From assembly GCA_043228905.1 (NCBI GenBank), contig JBHGNT010000009.1:19096001-19160000 (forward strand): 64,000 nt of DNA, written 5' to 3'. Made by a program: the position numbers and the translations under genes. The notes beneath the pieces were generated by a model, which saw nothing but the letters and a program-made list of their open reading frames with translations, did not search any database and had not been told where the DNA came from. Source of the stretch: Azolla caroliniana. Taxonomy: Eukaryota; Plantae; Polypodiophyta. Shown piece after piece: positions 1 to 11,748 of this stretch. How positions within the stretch are numbered: position 1 is the first letter of the stretch; each line of letters opens with the position of its first letter.

Positions 1-465
1 ACAAGGATTTTTTGGTGTGGGAGCAAGTAGCAAGCAGAGTCTTGTACTGCCTTGCATCTTGTGTGCACGACCAGATGCTCGACGACATTCGGGATGCGAA
101 GATGCCGAAGGAGGCATGGGAAAATCTGAAGAAGATTTTTGCTGTAAGTACCACGACCCAGAAGTTGCAACTCCAAAACGAGCTCAACAATATTCGGCAG
201 AGGGATATGACTATGACTGACTACACCACCAAAATCAAGGAGATCTGTGATGCCCTAGGGTCCATCAATGTGACAGTGGAGGAAGATGAGATGGTACAAA
301 TCTGTCTCCGTGGTTTAGCACAAAGATACAAGCTGATTTAGACGGCTATTTGCACAAGGGAGAAACCACCATCATTCTTCGATTTGAAATCAACGCTCAT
401 GGTCGAAGAAAAGCACGCAGGTGCATCGAAGAGCACGCAATTTGATAGCCAAATGCTGTACACGG
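1..465 (+). pseudogene. gag: copia gag fragment (UBN2/Retrotran_gag_2-like)
   Basis: ORF 12-341 with EAWENLKKIF...KLQLQNELNNIRQ...YTTKIKEICDAL; in-frame stop at 339-341. Confidence 0.85.
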
Positions 466-1193
466 TGTCGTAATGTATTTTGTACACTACGTGAAAAACG
501 TATATAGTATTAGATTCAATAAAAAATGAAGAAATAGAAGAAAATAGCAAAATAAATGGAACATGCATAGGGCAAGATTCGAACCTTGCACCTCCATGTT
601 AATAATGTAATGTCTTACCATTACACTAGCATTTCATTAGTGTTAAAGCATAGATGTCCCACATAGAAAGGTAAATTCACGCTAGGATAAACATTAGAAA
701 AACGCATAACAAAAGAAAAAGCTACACATACACATCTAGCGTGCATGATAAAAAACGCACAAGTTAGAAAAAAGCATGATCACTTTAGATAAAGCATATA
801 GTCTATCTATAGGAAAAGCATGGGGTCTATAGTTAGAGAAAAAGCATAGATTACTAAGACTTCCTCATCACTACATAAGGATGGGGAGCACAATGTAATT
901 GTGTGTGAAAAATATTTGGAAACTGGATATGTTTCTAAAAAACACCAATTAATAAACTATACTCGTGGGATTCACGAGAATTCTATATCATTCTCTTTCA
1001 ACCCAAATTTATATTCTTATATTCATATTGATTAATCAAATACAATACACTCGTGGGATTCACGAGTTTGCTATAACTCTTTCTTACAACATATTTATAT
1101 TCTTATTAGCCTTAAAACTCTCCTCTTCCTAGTCCAAAACCTCGGCGGTTCCCACCCGACTCACGCAACGATCCGAAGCCGAAAGGCACGACA
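466..1193 (+). mobile_element. Solo LTR, Phygy-like gypsy family
   Basis: TGTCGTAATG...GGCACGACA; 4-bp TSD ACGG (462-465 / 1194-1197); similar to the LTRs at 13646, 15109 and 61436. Confidence 0.95.
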
Positions 1194-1356
1194 ACGGAGG
1201 CGGATCGGCCCCATGGTCATGGCGGACAAGGTGGATCGACATGCAATGGTGGTGGCCGACAAACAGAATCAAAGGCATAATTGACATGCCGACAATAGTT
1301 CCAGACCCTCCACGAGTAGGGGGAGTCAAGGCAACGCTGGAAATCAGCAAGCAAAG

Positions 1357-1798
1357 TGTTACAGGCAGGACCATATAATAGAATTTACCGTAGTATTCTA
1401 TACACGTGGATAAGTGTGAGGGTTAAACGAGAGTGCAAAGAAGGGGATGATTACTTTTAATTCTCGGGATTGAGACAACCCATTAGGCCAAGTGTGAACT
1501 TGCTTGGGGGCCTTGGGTATCACTATAAATAAGAGGCCTAGCTACCCTCATTTCATCATCTTTTGACTATGTCGAGACTCTATTCTTGTGGTGGGTCAAC
1601 TCTTGTAGCGAGTGCGCCAACACCAGGTATGACTCGACGCCATGGCGGTGGTATGGGACGCCGATCGAGGCTCGAGTCCGTCTCGATCCCTTCACTCGGG
1701 GGTGGTCGGGTGGATCGGCACCCTTTTTTCTCTCTCTCCTTTCTATCTATCTATCTTTTATCCTTATCATATGCTTACTTTAGATCATATCTCTAATG
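1357..1798 (+). repeat. 5' LTR of Met-primed chromovirus
   Basis: Aligns with 32772-33224; TATA CTATAAATA ~1523; followed by PBS. Confidence 0.9.
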
Positions 1799-1800
1799 GT

Positions 1801-1812
1801 TGGTTTCAAAGC
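1801..1812 (+). promoter_or_regulatory. PBS, tRNA-iMet (degenerate)
   Basis: TGGTTTCAAAGC versus consensus TGGTATCAGAGC, 2 nt after the LTR. Confidence 0.8.
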
Positions 1813-2043
1813 TCATGTTCTAATGTTTTTGTCTTCTTGATTGATGGTTATCGATCGATGCGCGGTCAGCCTTGATCTAGACAACTCTCAACAAACGAAC
1901 TTCGGTAATCTTTCTTGTTTTTCTTTTTCTATTTTTTCTTCTCCCTTCTAATCATGTATATGGTCATATGTATTTGTTTTTTCTCACTAATTCAATGATG
2001 TTGTAGTGGTAATTAATTGGTTATATAAAACGTTTACATATTT

Positions 2044-2300
2044 GCACGAGGTCAATACCTCATTTGACATATATTTAATATGCGATTAGTGTCATATGTG
2101 TACGAGGTTAATACCTCAATTATGTATTACGTTCACAAATATAGGCTATGCTTGCGTATGAGGTCATTACCTTAGTTTGTATGTAAATGATATGCGTTTG
2201 GTGTTGTATGCGTATGAGGTCAATACCTCAATTGCGTATTACGATTAACCCTTATTTTTAGATGTTTCATGTGCGTAGAGGGTATATGCCTCGATTACTT
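2044..2300 (+). repeat. About five ~55-bp degenerate tandem repeats in the 5' UTR, each with a GAGGT-caat-ACCTC palindrome
   Basis: Units start near 2044, 2098, 2155, 2210 and 2271. Confidence 0.75.
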
Positions 2301-3485
2301 ATCTCGATCACATCATTTTTCGCTATTTTATATTACGATTACTTTTATATATGCATATGTGGTCACATGTATATGTATTTGATCGTATATATGTGATAAT
2401 ATACATATGTGTATATAAGTTATTACGTGATTTCAATATCGAATGTTTTCCTTTTCGGGGAAAGGATCTTGGTGGCCGTCCTCACATTTTTGTGAGAATG
2501 GCATTGTCACCATCCCTTTTTCAACAAATTTTTATTGTTGACATCCTTGTTGGTGACTTCAATTTTGTTACGTAATGAAACAATCTTAGCCACAATGGTG
2601 TTGAGAACGTAGGGCTTGACACACTTGATGTGAGGTTGCTCTTATGACACACATATCTAACATCCCTCCCTCATTACACGGATAGGATGCCACTATGAGA
2701 TCATTCTTACGAAAGACATTTGTAATGACGTAACCATGTGATGGGCCACGTGGGCCTACTACGAAAAGAGGGCTCATTTGGCTTGACCATTAGGTTGCAT
2801 TTTGGCGTATGCCATCGTAATTATGAGACTTGAGGTTAGGTAATGTACCAACATAGTTTGTGGTAAATGAGGGGGAAATAAGGACTCTTGACATATATGT
2901 TTCTTTTAAAAAAACATATATGACCAAATGCCTTACATGTCTCTTATACGCATTAAAATTAAACATTCAAGAAGAGCAACCTACTTGGTTGGCTCAAGTG
3001 TTTAATCCATTTGTTCTCGAGGTCTTGAGTTCAAATATGACCAAGACCATACAACATCGTTGATACATATGACTATAACACATGTTTAGACTTGAGGTCT
3101 AAGTGCATTTCGGGGTCCTTGTAATAGGACTTAAAGAGCCGAAACCACATATGTAAGCACCGAAACATAGTTTATTATTTAATATTTTTTTCATGTATAA
3201 ACTATTCATGACGCGAACATACATAGTAGAGCCTCAGGGAGCCCCCATGAAAAAATCGATATAGAGATCAGGGAAAGACATTAATTTGTCACCCCCATGG
3301 TTTTTAAAACACCTTCGTGTTACCATAGTAACCTGATCTTGAACCTCATCTCATACATCTAGAGGGGTATTGATGTGAGATCATGATATCAATTAATGTT
3401 TTCCCATGATATGTTTACATCACGACATGATGTTATGACTATTTGTTTGACCTTATCCTATTTCTTTGCCAGAAATAATCATTGA

Positions 3486-4430
3486 ATGGCTCAAAATAAC
3501 GACCCGATGTCATCCGCTCAAGCGGAAGGAACTCAAGGAAATCCTCCTAGACAAATGTCCATTGAGATGTATTTTTCACAAATAAGCCAATACCTTAGTT
3601 TCACCGCTCAATAGATGACCGAACTTCGGCAATCTCAAAGTCCTCTCGAGGCACGTGTCATTAGTTTACAACGTGAAACTAATAGACCTGATGAGCGACA
3701 AGGTGAATCATCGTTTGTCGTTAAGCCATTTAAGGGAGAAAAAAAGGAAAGAACTGAAGAAGCAATCTGCACGTGGTTGGGCCGATGGGAGTCTCATTTT
3801 GAGCTCTATCTTACGCTAGATAGTACGAATATTGCATATGTCGGCTGAGAACTAGGGGGTAAGGCCGTCGCGTGGTGGCGTGGGCTCCGAACTTTGGGGA
3901 AATTGCCTGATACTTGGACAGATTTTGTCAAAGTTTTTAAGGGCCAATTTCTACAACCTCCCTCTCGAACTAAGGCAGCAAAAGCTTTAATGAACCTCTC
4001 TAGCAGGAAGTTTTCCTCGCTAGAAGAAAATGTTCACCATGCTAGAACCAAAATCTAAAAATCGGGTCTAGAAGGGGACAACTGGTTAATAGCTTGTTTT
4101 GTGAATGACATCCCCAATTCGGACTATCACTGGATAGTGCACGATAAGGATCCAAAATCCTTCGAAGAGGCCGTTGAAATAGTTCTTCGCTATCAACGCA
4201 CTTTGAAGAAGGACCACAACAAACCCAACGAAGCGCCCGGGACTAAGCAGTTGCAATTCGTTGGGAAATGTAAGAACATCCTTTTTGCGTATTTTATAAA
4301 AAGAAGGGTCATACAAAAGAGCAATGTCGAAAGCTCCAACGGTAAGAGCACGACAACAAAGCTAAATCTGCAGACCATAAAGGTCAGATTCTTAATGTCC
4401 TTCAGGTCTATACACATCATTTAAGTAATT
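3486..4430 (+). pseudogene. gag: gypsy gag (retrotransposon gag domain plus degenerate zinc knuckle)
   Basis: VKPFKGE..WLGRWE, GKAVAWW..TWTDFVKVFK, degenerate Cys/His knuckle ~4285-4330; stops and frameshifts. Confidence 0.8.
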
Positions 4431-4614
4431 GTCAATGTTCTTTCCCTCGCTATGTATTGGGTCCCAATGATTTACTATGTGCAAACGGTGTCATAGTGTA
4501 TTTTGTACACTACGTGAAAAACGTATAAAGTACCCGATTTAATAAATATGAAGAAAATGACAAAAATATCAAAATATATATTACATGCATAGGGCAAGAA
4601 AGTTTATTTCACGT

Positions 4615-5345
4615 TGTCGTGAAGAAAACCGTCCCCAGGCGCAAACTGTGTATGGTGTGTGTGAACCGGCCCTTACATGTGGGCACACCCCTTGTTGTAT
4701 AGTGGATAGGTAGGCACAAAGGTCAAATCCTAGGTAGCAATATTCTATAGGGGAAATCGAGGAGTATCTCTGTCCGAAAGGATAGAGAATGAATGTGATG
4801 TAAACGGGTGAAACGGCCTCCCTCCTTGAGCTATAAAAGAGAGGGAGACGGGGGAGAGAAGGTATCGCGCGCTAGAGGGGACAAAGTGCTGTCGGACTGG
4901 GACTGAGCTCTTCTTCTCTGTCGTTCTCCATAGCTTTCTTTTGCGCAGGTTCTCAGGAGGTTGATCCTGCTCCGTGGAACGCCCGTGTGCTTCCGACAGA
5001 ATCTCCATCTTGCTCTCCTGTGTGCGTGGGCGATCAGGTCGTCAGAATCTCCATCTTGCTCTCCTGTGTGCGTGGGTGATCAGGCACCGACATCCATCTC
5101 GCCGACCTGATCGGCTGTAACCGTATGAGTCCTCTACATACATACAAATACATACATATATTTATATACATACGCTAGTGTTCTCAACTCGTGTCTCCTG
5201 TGTTGTTGGGCCGCGTCCCCGTGCGCTTCTTTGTCTATACGTGTGTGAGCGTCTCTCGCTCTCTATCTCTCTCTCCCTCTTCTCACCTCTTCCTCGGTCC
5301 AAGACCCCAGTGGTCCTGCCTTGTTCTCCACGCACGCGTGTACAA
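4615..5345 (+). mobile_element. Solo LTR of a related TGTCGTGAAG family, inside the 4489 LTR
   Basis: TSD ACGT (4611-4614 / 5346-5349); the empty site TTCACGTATATTTTC is seen in the sister LTR at ~13857; 3' end slightly eroded; related to 37151-43622. Confidence 0.85.
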
Positions 5346-6581
5346 ACGTATATTTTCTAGGAAAAAGCTTTAGTTAGAAGAAAAACGCATGATAGAAAAA
5401 AGCTACACGTGCACATCTAGCGTGCATAAACACAATAGTCGATAAAAAACGCATGAGGTTAGAAAAAGCATGTTAGAGAAAGCATATAGTCTATAGATAG
5501 AGAAAACATATAGTCTATAGATAGAGAAATCATATAGTCTATAGTTAGAGAAAAACAATGGATTGTGAAGACTCTCTCTCATCACTATATAAGGATGGGG
5601 AGCACAATGTAATGGGTGTGTGTGAAATATTTGGAAATTGGATATATTTCTAAAAACACCAATTAATAAACTATACTCGTGGGATTCACGAGGTTTCTAT
5701 ATTCTTCTCTTTCAATCTAAATTCATATTCTTATCTTAATATTGATTAATCTAATACAATATACTTGTGGGATTCACAAGTTTCAATCTCTCTTTCTTAT
5801 AATAGATTCACATTCATAACTAAACTCGTCTCAAATTCTTCCTCCTAGTTCAAAACCCCAACGGTTCCCACCTGACTCACGCAACGATCTGGCGCCAAAA
5901 GGCACGACACAGTTGGTGAACCCAACGTCAAGACGGGTGGCAAGGAGATGGAGAATCAACAAGAGGTGATGAAAACGATAATGATGATGTTCGAGCGGAT
6001 GCTACAACAACAATGAGCGATATCGGAGATCACGATGTTAATAAAGAGGCTCGTACAACGAAACAGACAATTCAACGGAAAGTGTCATGATATGGCAAGA
6101 CTCGAACCCATGACCTTATGCTACATGGGTCGAGCTCTTACCATTAGACTATGAATTGTAATTTGTAGGATATTATTTTCATTTATGCTTTATCATAGAA
6201 AATTGATGTATATTCCAGATCTCTCTGGAACATTCTAGAAGCTTCATGATTATTCCTAAAAACACTATAAAAGGAGGCACAAGGCATTGTTTTGAACCAA
6301 ATTGGTTCAACACCAGTCTTAAGCCTCTTAGCCGATTTGTACTTATCTTTCATATAATATAAGAGCTGCTGTCATCATCCTATCTCTCTCTCTCCTCTTC
6401 TCACTTTCTCTCTCTCGGGAATCTTACGCAGTCCCGTCCTCTTAGTACTAATAGTACTGCTCTTCTTAGTACTAATTCCATCTCTGCTTTAGTACTATTC
6501 CTGACAGTTTGAACCAATTTTCCCTCTTTCCTCCAGCCTACTTGTCGTTCTCCCTCATCCTCCTACCCTTTTCCCTCTACT

Positions 6582-7739
6582 ATGGCTACTGTTAGCGCCC
6601 AAGAATATCAATCCGTTTTCTCCGAGTTACAGTGCCTAAAAGAAAAGTTTGTTGCCCTGGCACAAGAAAACCAACGACTGATAGGGGATCTGCAACAAAT
6701 CGCTCCAGAAAAGCAACAAACGCAGCAACAGCATGGAGAGTTAGCGTTACGGGTACAACAACTCGAAGCGGCATTGCAACAATAAGGATCAAGTTCCCAA
6801 GGATTTCATAAAGAGCCGAAGATTGGACTTCTTGTGAAATTTGATGGAACGCGATCGCAATTCAGGGGATTCCTTAATCAGGTACGATTAGTCCTCCAAA
6901 TGCATCCTTCTCGATACCCCACTGATGCATCTTGAGTCGGCTTAATAGGCACGTTGCTTAGCGGCTCAGCCTTAGCATGGTTCGCTCCGCTTCTAGAAAA
7001 ACAATCACCCTTGCTTAATAACTTTGAAGATTTTATTAGTGAGTTCAAAGCCTGCTTTGGAGACACCGACAGCATCAGGACGGCGATCAACAAGATCTGG
7101 CCATTGCGTCAGGGCGATCGTCCAGCCTCTGGCTACGCGGCGGATTTCCGTCTACTCGCTTCCGACATACCTTGGGATGATCAAGCACTAATGGAGTAGT
7201 TTCGCTATGGCCTGCGAAATGATGTCAAAGATCTACTTCTAACCTTCCTCGAAGAACCAAAGTCTCTTACGGAGGCAATCAGTCGAGCGGTCCGATGTGA
7301 CAACCGCCTTTTCGAACGGCGTTCGGAACGTCAATTACAGATACCACGCGCTAGGCCGGAGCCCACTTACGCCGCAATCGCGGCTAGACCATTTGCACGA
7401 GTCATACCTGAAGCAAATACTTTGACACCGATGGAGATCGATATCATGCGTCGACGCGGCCCGTTATCGGAAGAAGAAAAGCAACGACGACGTGCAAATC
7501 GATTATGTCTTTATTGCAGTGGACTAGGGCATATCGCAATCAATTGTCCCCATAGGCCAAGAAGACAGGTAAATCAAATTGTAGCCTATACTAAACCCGA
7601 GTCAATTCTTCCCTTAGGAGTGTCTGATAGTATTAATAGTACTAATAGAGTGTTTGATAGTATTCATAGTACTAATAGCCCAAATATCTCAAAAAAATTT
7701 GAAATCCTTAGTCAATTAGATGAAGAGTTAAACGATTGA
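6582..7739 (+). pseudogene. gag: gag, copy 1 (stops at 6783, ~6933, 7197)
   Basis: Collinear with intact gag 38085-39242; CLYC..GH...C knuckle. Confidence 0.93.
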
Positions 7740-10700
7740 GTCCAGCCAAAATAGGAGCCGTTTGGTTGGACAACAGCCCTAGATCTGTATAGCCCATTAG
7801 TGGTTCCATTCCTTCCAAGCAAGTTAGCAATGTGTTCCTAGCCCAAGTTATTGTTAGTACTAAAAGTACTCCCCCAATACCCGTCCTAGCACTTTTAGAT
7901 TCCGGAGCTAATTCCTGTTTCATGGATCGAAATTTTGCCCAAGCTTCTCAGATATCCCTAAGAAAACTTCCTTGTCCCGCATTTGTAGTAGTCATTGATG
8001 GTCGTCCCATTGCTTCCGGGAATATTGTAGAAGAATCAGAACCCATTCAAGTTGTCCTAGGTAGTTTTGTGTGTGTAATATCATTTAATATAATTAGTAG
8101 TCCAGAGCATCCCATTGTCCTAGGATTACCTTGGTTTCAATTACATAATCCAGCCATAGATTGGAGAACAAGAGAAGTCCGATATCGACCATCCCAAGAA
8201 CCTACTCATCGAGTTTCGACCATCTCACTCCATCATTTACGCGAAGAAGGACACAAGGAGGCAATGTTCCTATTTGCAATATCAGTACATCCTTCCAGCA
8301 CTATTAAGAAGGAATCCTCAGTACAACTTCCAGCAAAATATCATCCTTATGCCGATGTATTTGACAAGGTAAAAGCCGGTACCCTTCCTCATCACCGTCC
8401 CTATGACTATCCCATCGATTTACAACCAGGAACCGAGCCACCATGGGGACCAATTTACAACTTGTCACCCACCGAGTTAGAGGTCCTTCGAGCCTACATA
8501 GAGGAGAACTTGGCAAGTGGGTTCATCCGCCATTCGAAATCTCGAGCCGGTGCACTCATCTTCTTTGTCAAGAAGAAAGATGGCTCACTTCGTCTTGTCG
8601 TTGATTACCGCGGATTGAATAAAGTCACCATTCGGAATAGGCATGCACTTCCTCTTATATCAAGTCTTTTAGAGTGAGTTAATGGTGCCAAGTTTTTTAC
8701 TAAAATCGACCTACGAGGAGTGTATAACCTCATGTGGATCCGACCGGGAGATGAGTGGAAGACCGCCTTTCGCACGCGGTATGGGTATTTCGAGTATACT
8801 GTTATGCCATTTGGCTTAACCAATGCACCCGCAGTCTTCCAACACATGGCAAATGATATATTCAGAGATCTCTTGGATATCTGTTTGATCATTTATCTGG
8901 ATGATCTATTGATTTATTCGAAGACCCAGGAAGAGCACGATTCTCATGTACTATTAGTATTAAATCGACTCCGCGAGAATGGTCTTTATGCCAAGCTAGA
9001 AAAATGTAGCTTTGACTGCAAGCAAGTGGAATTTCTAGGCTACGTCATCTCCTCAAAGGGCATCGCCATGGATCTAGCTAAAGTCCAAACTGTACTAGAG
9101 TGGCAAATTCCACGGTCGGTACGAGATGTACAATGTTTTCCAGGTTTTGCTAACTTCTACTGTAAGTTTATACAGGATTACTCGAAGATTATTTTACCTC
9201 TCACACAACTTACAAAGAAGGGCCAGGCATTTATTTGGTCCATAGAAGCAGATATGGCTTTTCGACATCTTAAGAAAGCGTTTACATCAACACCGATTCT
9301 AGCTCATGTGGATAAGAGCAAACCATTCATCATGGAGGCCGACGCATCAGATTTCGCCCTCGGTAGCATCCTTTCTCAACAAGGCGATAAAGAAGAGTTG
9401 CATCCGGTGGGTTTCCATTCGCGCAAATTCGATGTCGCAGAAATCAACTACGAAATACATGACAAGGAGTTATTAGCCATCGTGGATTCATTTGTGCAAT
9501 GGCGGCATTTCTTAGAGGGCTCTCCACATCAGGTCATTGTCTTTAGCGATCATAAAAATCTTGCTTATATTCAGAACGCTCGTGTACTAAATCGACGGCA
9601 AGCTCGGTGGGCTCAATTCTTCACGCGTTTCGACTTCAAAATCACATATCGACTGGGGAAGCAGCAAGGAAAAGCAGATGCACTATCACGGTGTTCATAT
9701 CTTGCACCTCGTCCTGGTGACGCAACATTTGATAATCAAAAGAAAGTAATCTTGGGACCAACACGATTGCACACGACACGGATTTTTCACACCCCGATGG
9801 ATTCACGGATTACCGATGACATACATGCAACCTTGAAGACGGATAGTTTTGCTCAAGACATCCTGGCGCACATTGATACTTCTCGGGCATCCTGTTCTTG
9901 GTCTCAAGAATCAGGTATTGACTACCGACAATTCGAATATCATGATGGTTTGTTATTCTTTAAAAAGCGCGTTTATGTCCCTGATTGCTCCTGTCGCCTT
10001 TAAATCGTCCAACATTGTCACGACACCCATACGGCGGGACATTTCGGTAGTACTAAGACGTTGGAGCTAGTGCAACGATCTTTTTGGTGGCCTCGCATGC
10101 GCCGTTTTGTCGATGACTACGTTCGGACCTTTGATGCTTGCTGCCGAGCAAAGATGCCACGACACCATCCATATGGCTTGTTGGAACCCTTACCGATTCC
10201 AAGTAAGCCGTGGCAGTCTATTTGTCTTGATTTTATCACAGATCTGCTGGGCTCGAAGGGGTTCGATGCTATCCTAATTGTCGTCGATCGATACACGAAG
10301 ATGGCACATTTTGTGCCGTGTACTAAAGCCATCACTAGCGAGGAAACCACCGCTCTTGTTATGCGTGAGGTATTTCGGCATCATGGCCTCCCAGACAGTA
10401 TTATCAGTGACCGAGGCCCGCAATTTGTCTCCAAATTTTGGCAGCATCTCTTCAAGATGCTCAAGGTCTCCTGTAACCTCTCCTCCGGCTACCATCCTCA
10501 GACTCACGGGCAGGCGGAACGAACAAACCAAACGCTAGAGCAATATCTCCGGTGTTTCCTGAGTTATCAACAGGATGATTGGGCCGAGATTCTCCACTTT
10601 GCGGAGTTTGCGTATAATAATGCTATTCACTCCTCGACTCGGGTCTCCCCATGTTTCGCTTATACCGGTTTCCATCGTCGATGGTCAGTGATCGACACTC

Positions 10701-11308
10701 CGGAGCTACCTACCAACCCTCGTGCCGAGGATCATTTGGAGAGGCTACACAAGATCCAGATGGATCTTTCTACTCACCTTCGTCATGCTCAACACACATA
10801 GAAGACTTATGCGGATCGTCATCGGATTCCCTCCTCTTTTGCCATCGGAGATCGAGTATGGCTCTTACGTCATCACATCAAGACTACTTGACTGTGCGAC
10901 AAGTTGGATTATCGACAACTCGGTCCCTTCCGTATTACGGGTAAGATTAACGGTGTCAGCTTCCGCCTTGATCTCCCTCCGCAGCTTCAGATACATCCGG
11001 TTTTCCATTGTTCTCTTCTTGAACCTTATAAAGCGAACACCATTCCCGATCGTGTGACACCACCGCCGCCCCCGGTGGAGTTGGACGCCGGCCCGGAGTA
11101 TGAAGTTGCTGCCATCCTCGATTCCAAACTTGTTCGCAACAAACTTTATTACTTGGTCGATTGGCTTGGTTATAGTTCGAGCGAACGTATTTGGGAACCC
11201 GTCGAGCATGTTGCTAATGCACAGGATCTTCTTGCTGATTTCCACCAAAAGTATCCAGACAAACCCGGTCCACAATTAGCGCCAACTCGTTCCACTCGTC
11301 GTCTTTAA
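7736..11308 (+). pseudogene. pol: pol (PR-RT-RH-IN-chromodomain), copy 1, stops at 8675, 10001 and 10799
   Basis: LLDSGA, YLDD, EADASD, HPQT, GPF and chromodomain motifs in ORFs 7832-11308. Confidence 0.95.
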
Positions 11309-11748
11309 GGGGGAGATAGTGTCATGATATGGCAAGACTCGAACCCATGACCTTATGCTACATGGGTCGAGCTCTTACCATTAGACTATGAATTGTAATT
11401 TGTAGGATAATATTTTCATTTATGCTTTATCATAGAAAATTGATGTATATTCCAGATCTCTCTGGAACATTCTAGAAGCTTCAGGATTATTCCTTAAAAC
11501 ACTATAAAAGGAGGCACAAGGCATTGTTTTGAACCAAAATCGTTCAACACCAGTCTTAAACCTCTTAGCCGATTTGTACTTATCTTTCATATAATATAAG
11601 AGCTGCTGTCATCATCCTATCTCTCTCTCTCCTCTTCTCACTTTCTCTCTCTCGGGAATCTTATGCAGTCCCGTCCTCTTAGTACTAATAGTACTGCTCT
11701 TCTTAGTACTAATTCCATCTCTGCTTTAGTACTATTCCTGACAGAAAG

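Larger units (their letters stand above)
6083..11743 (+). mobile_element. Tcn1-like chromovirus copy 1, full length, inactivated
   Basis: LTRs 6083-6506 and 11320-11743; TSD GAAAG; PPT AAGGGGGAGATAG; gag and pol with several premature stops. Confidence 0.97.
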
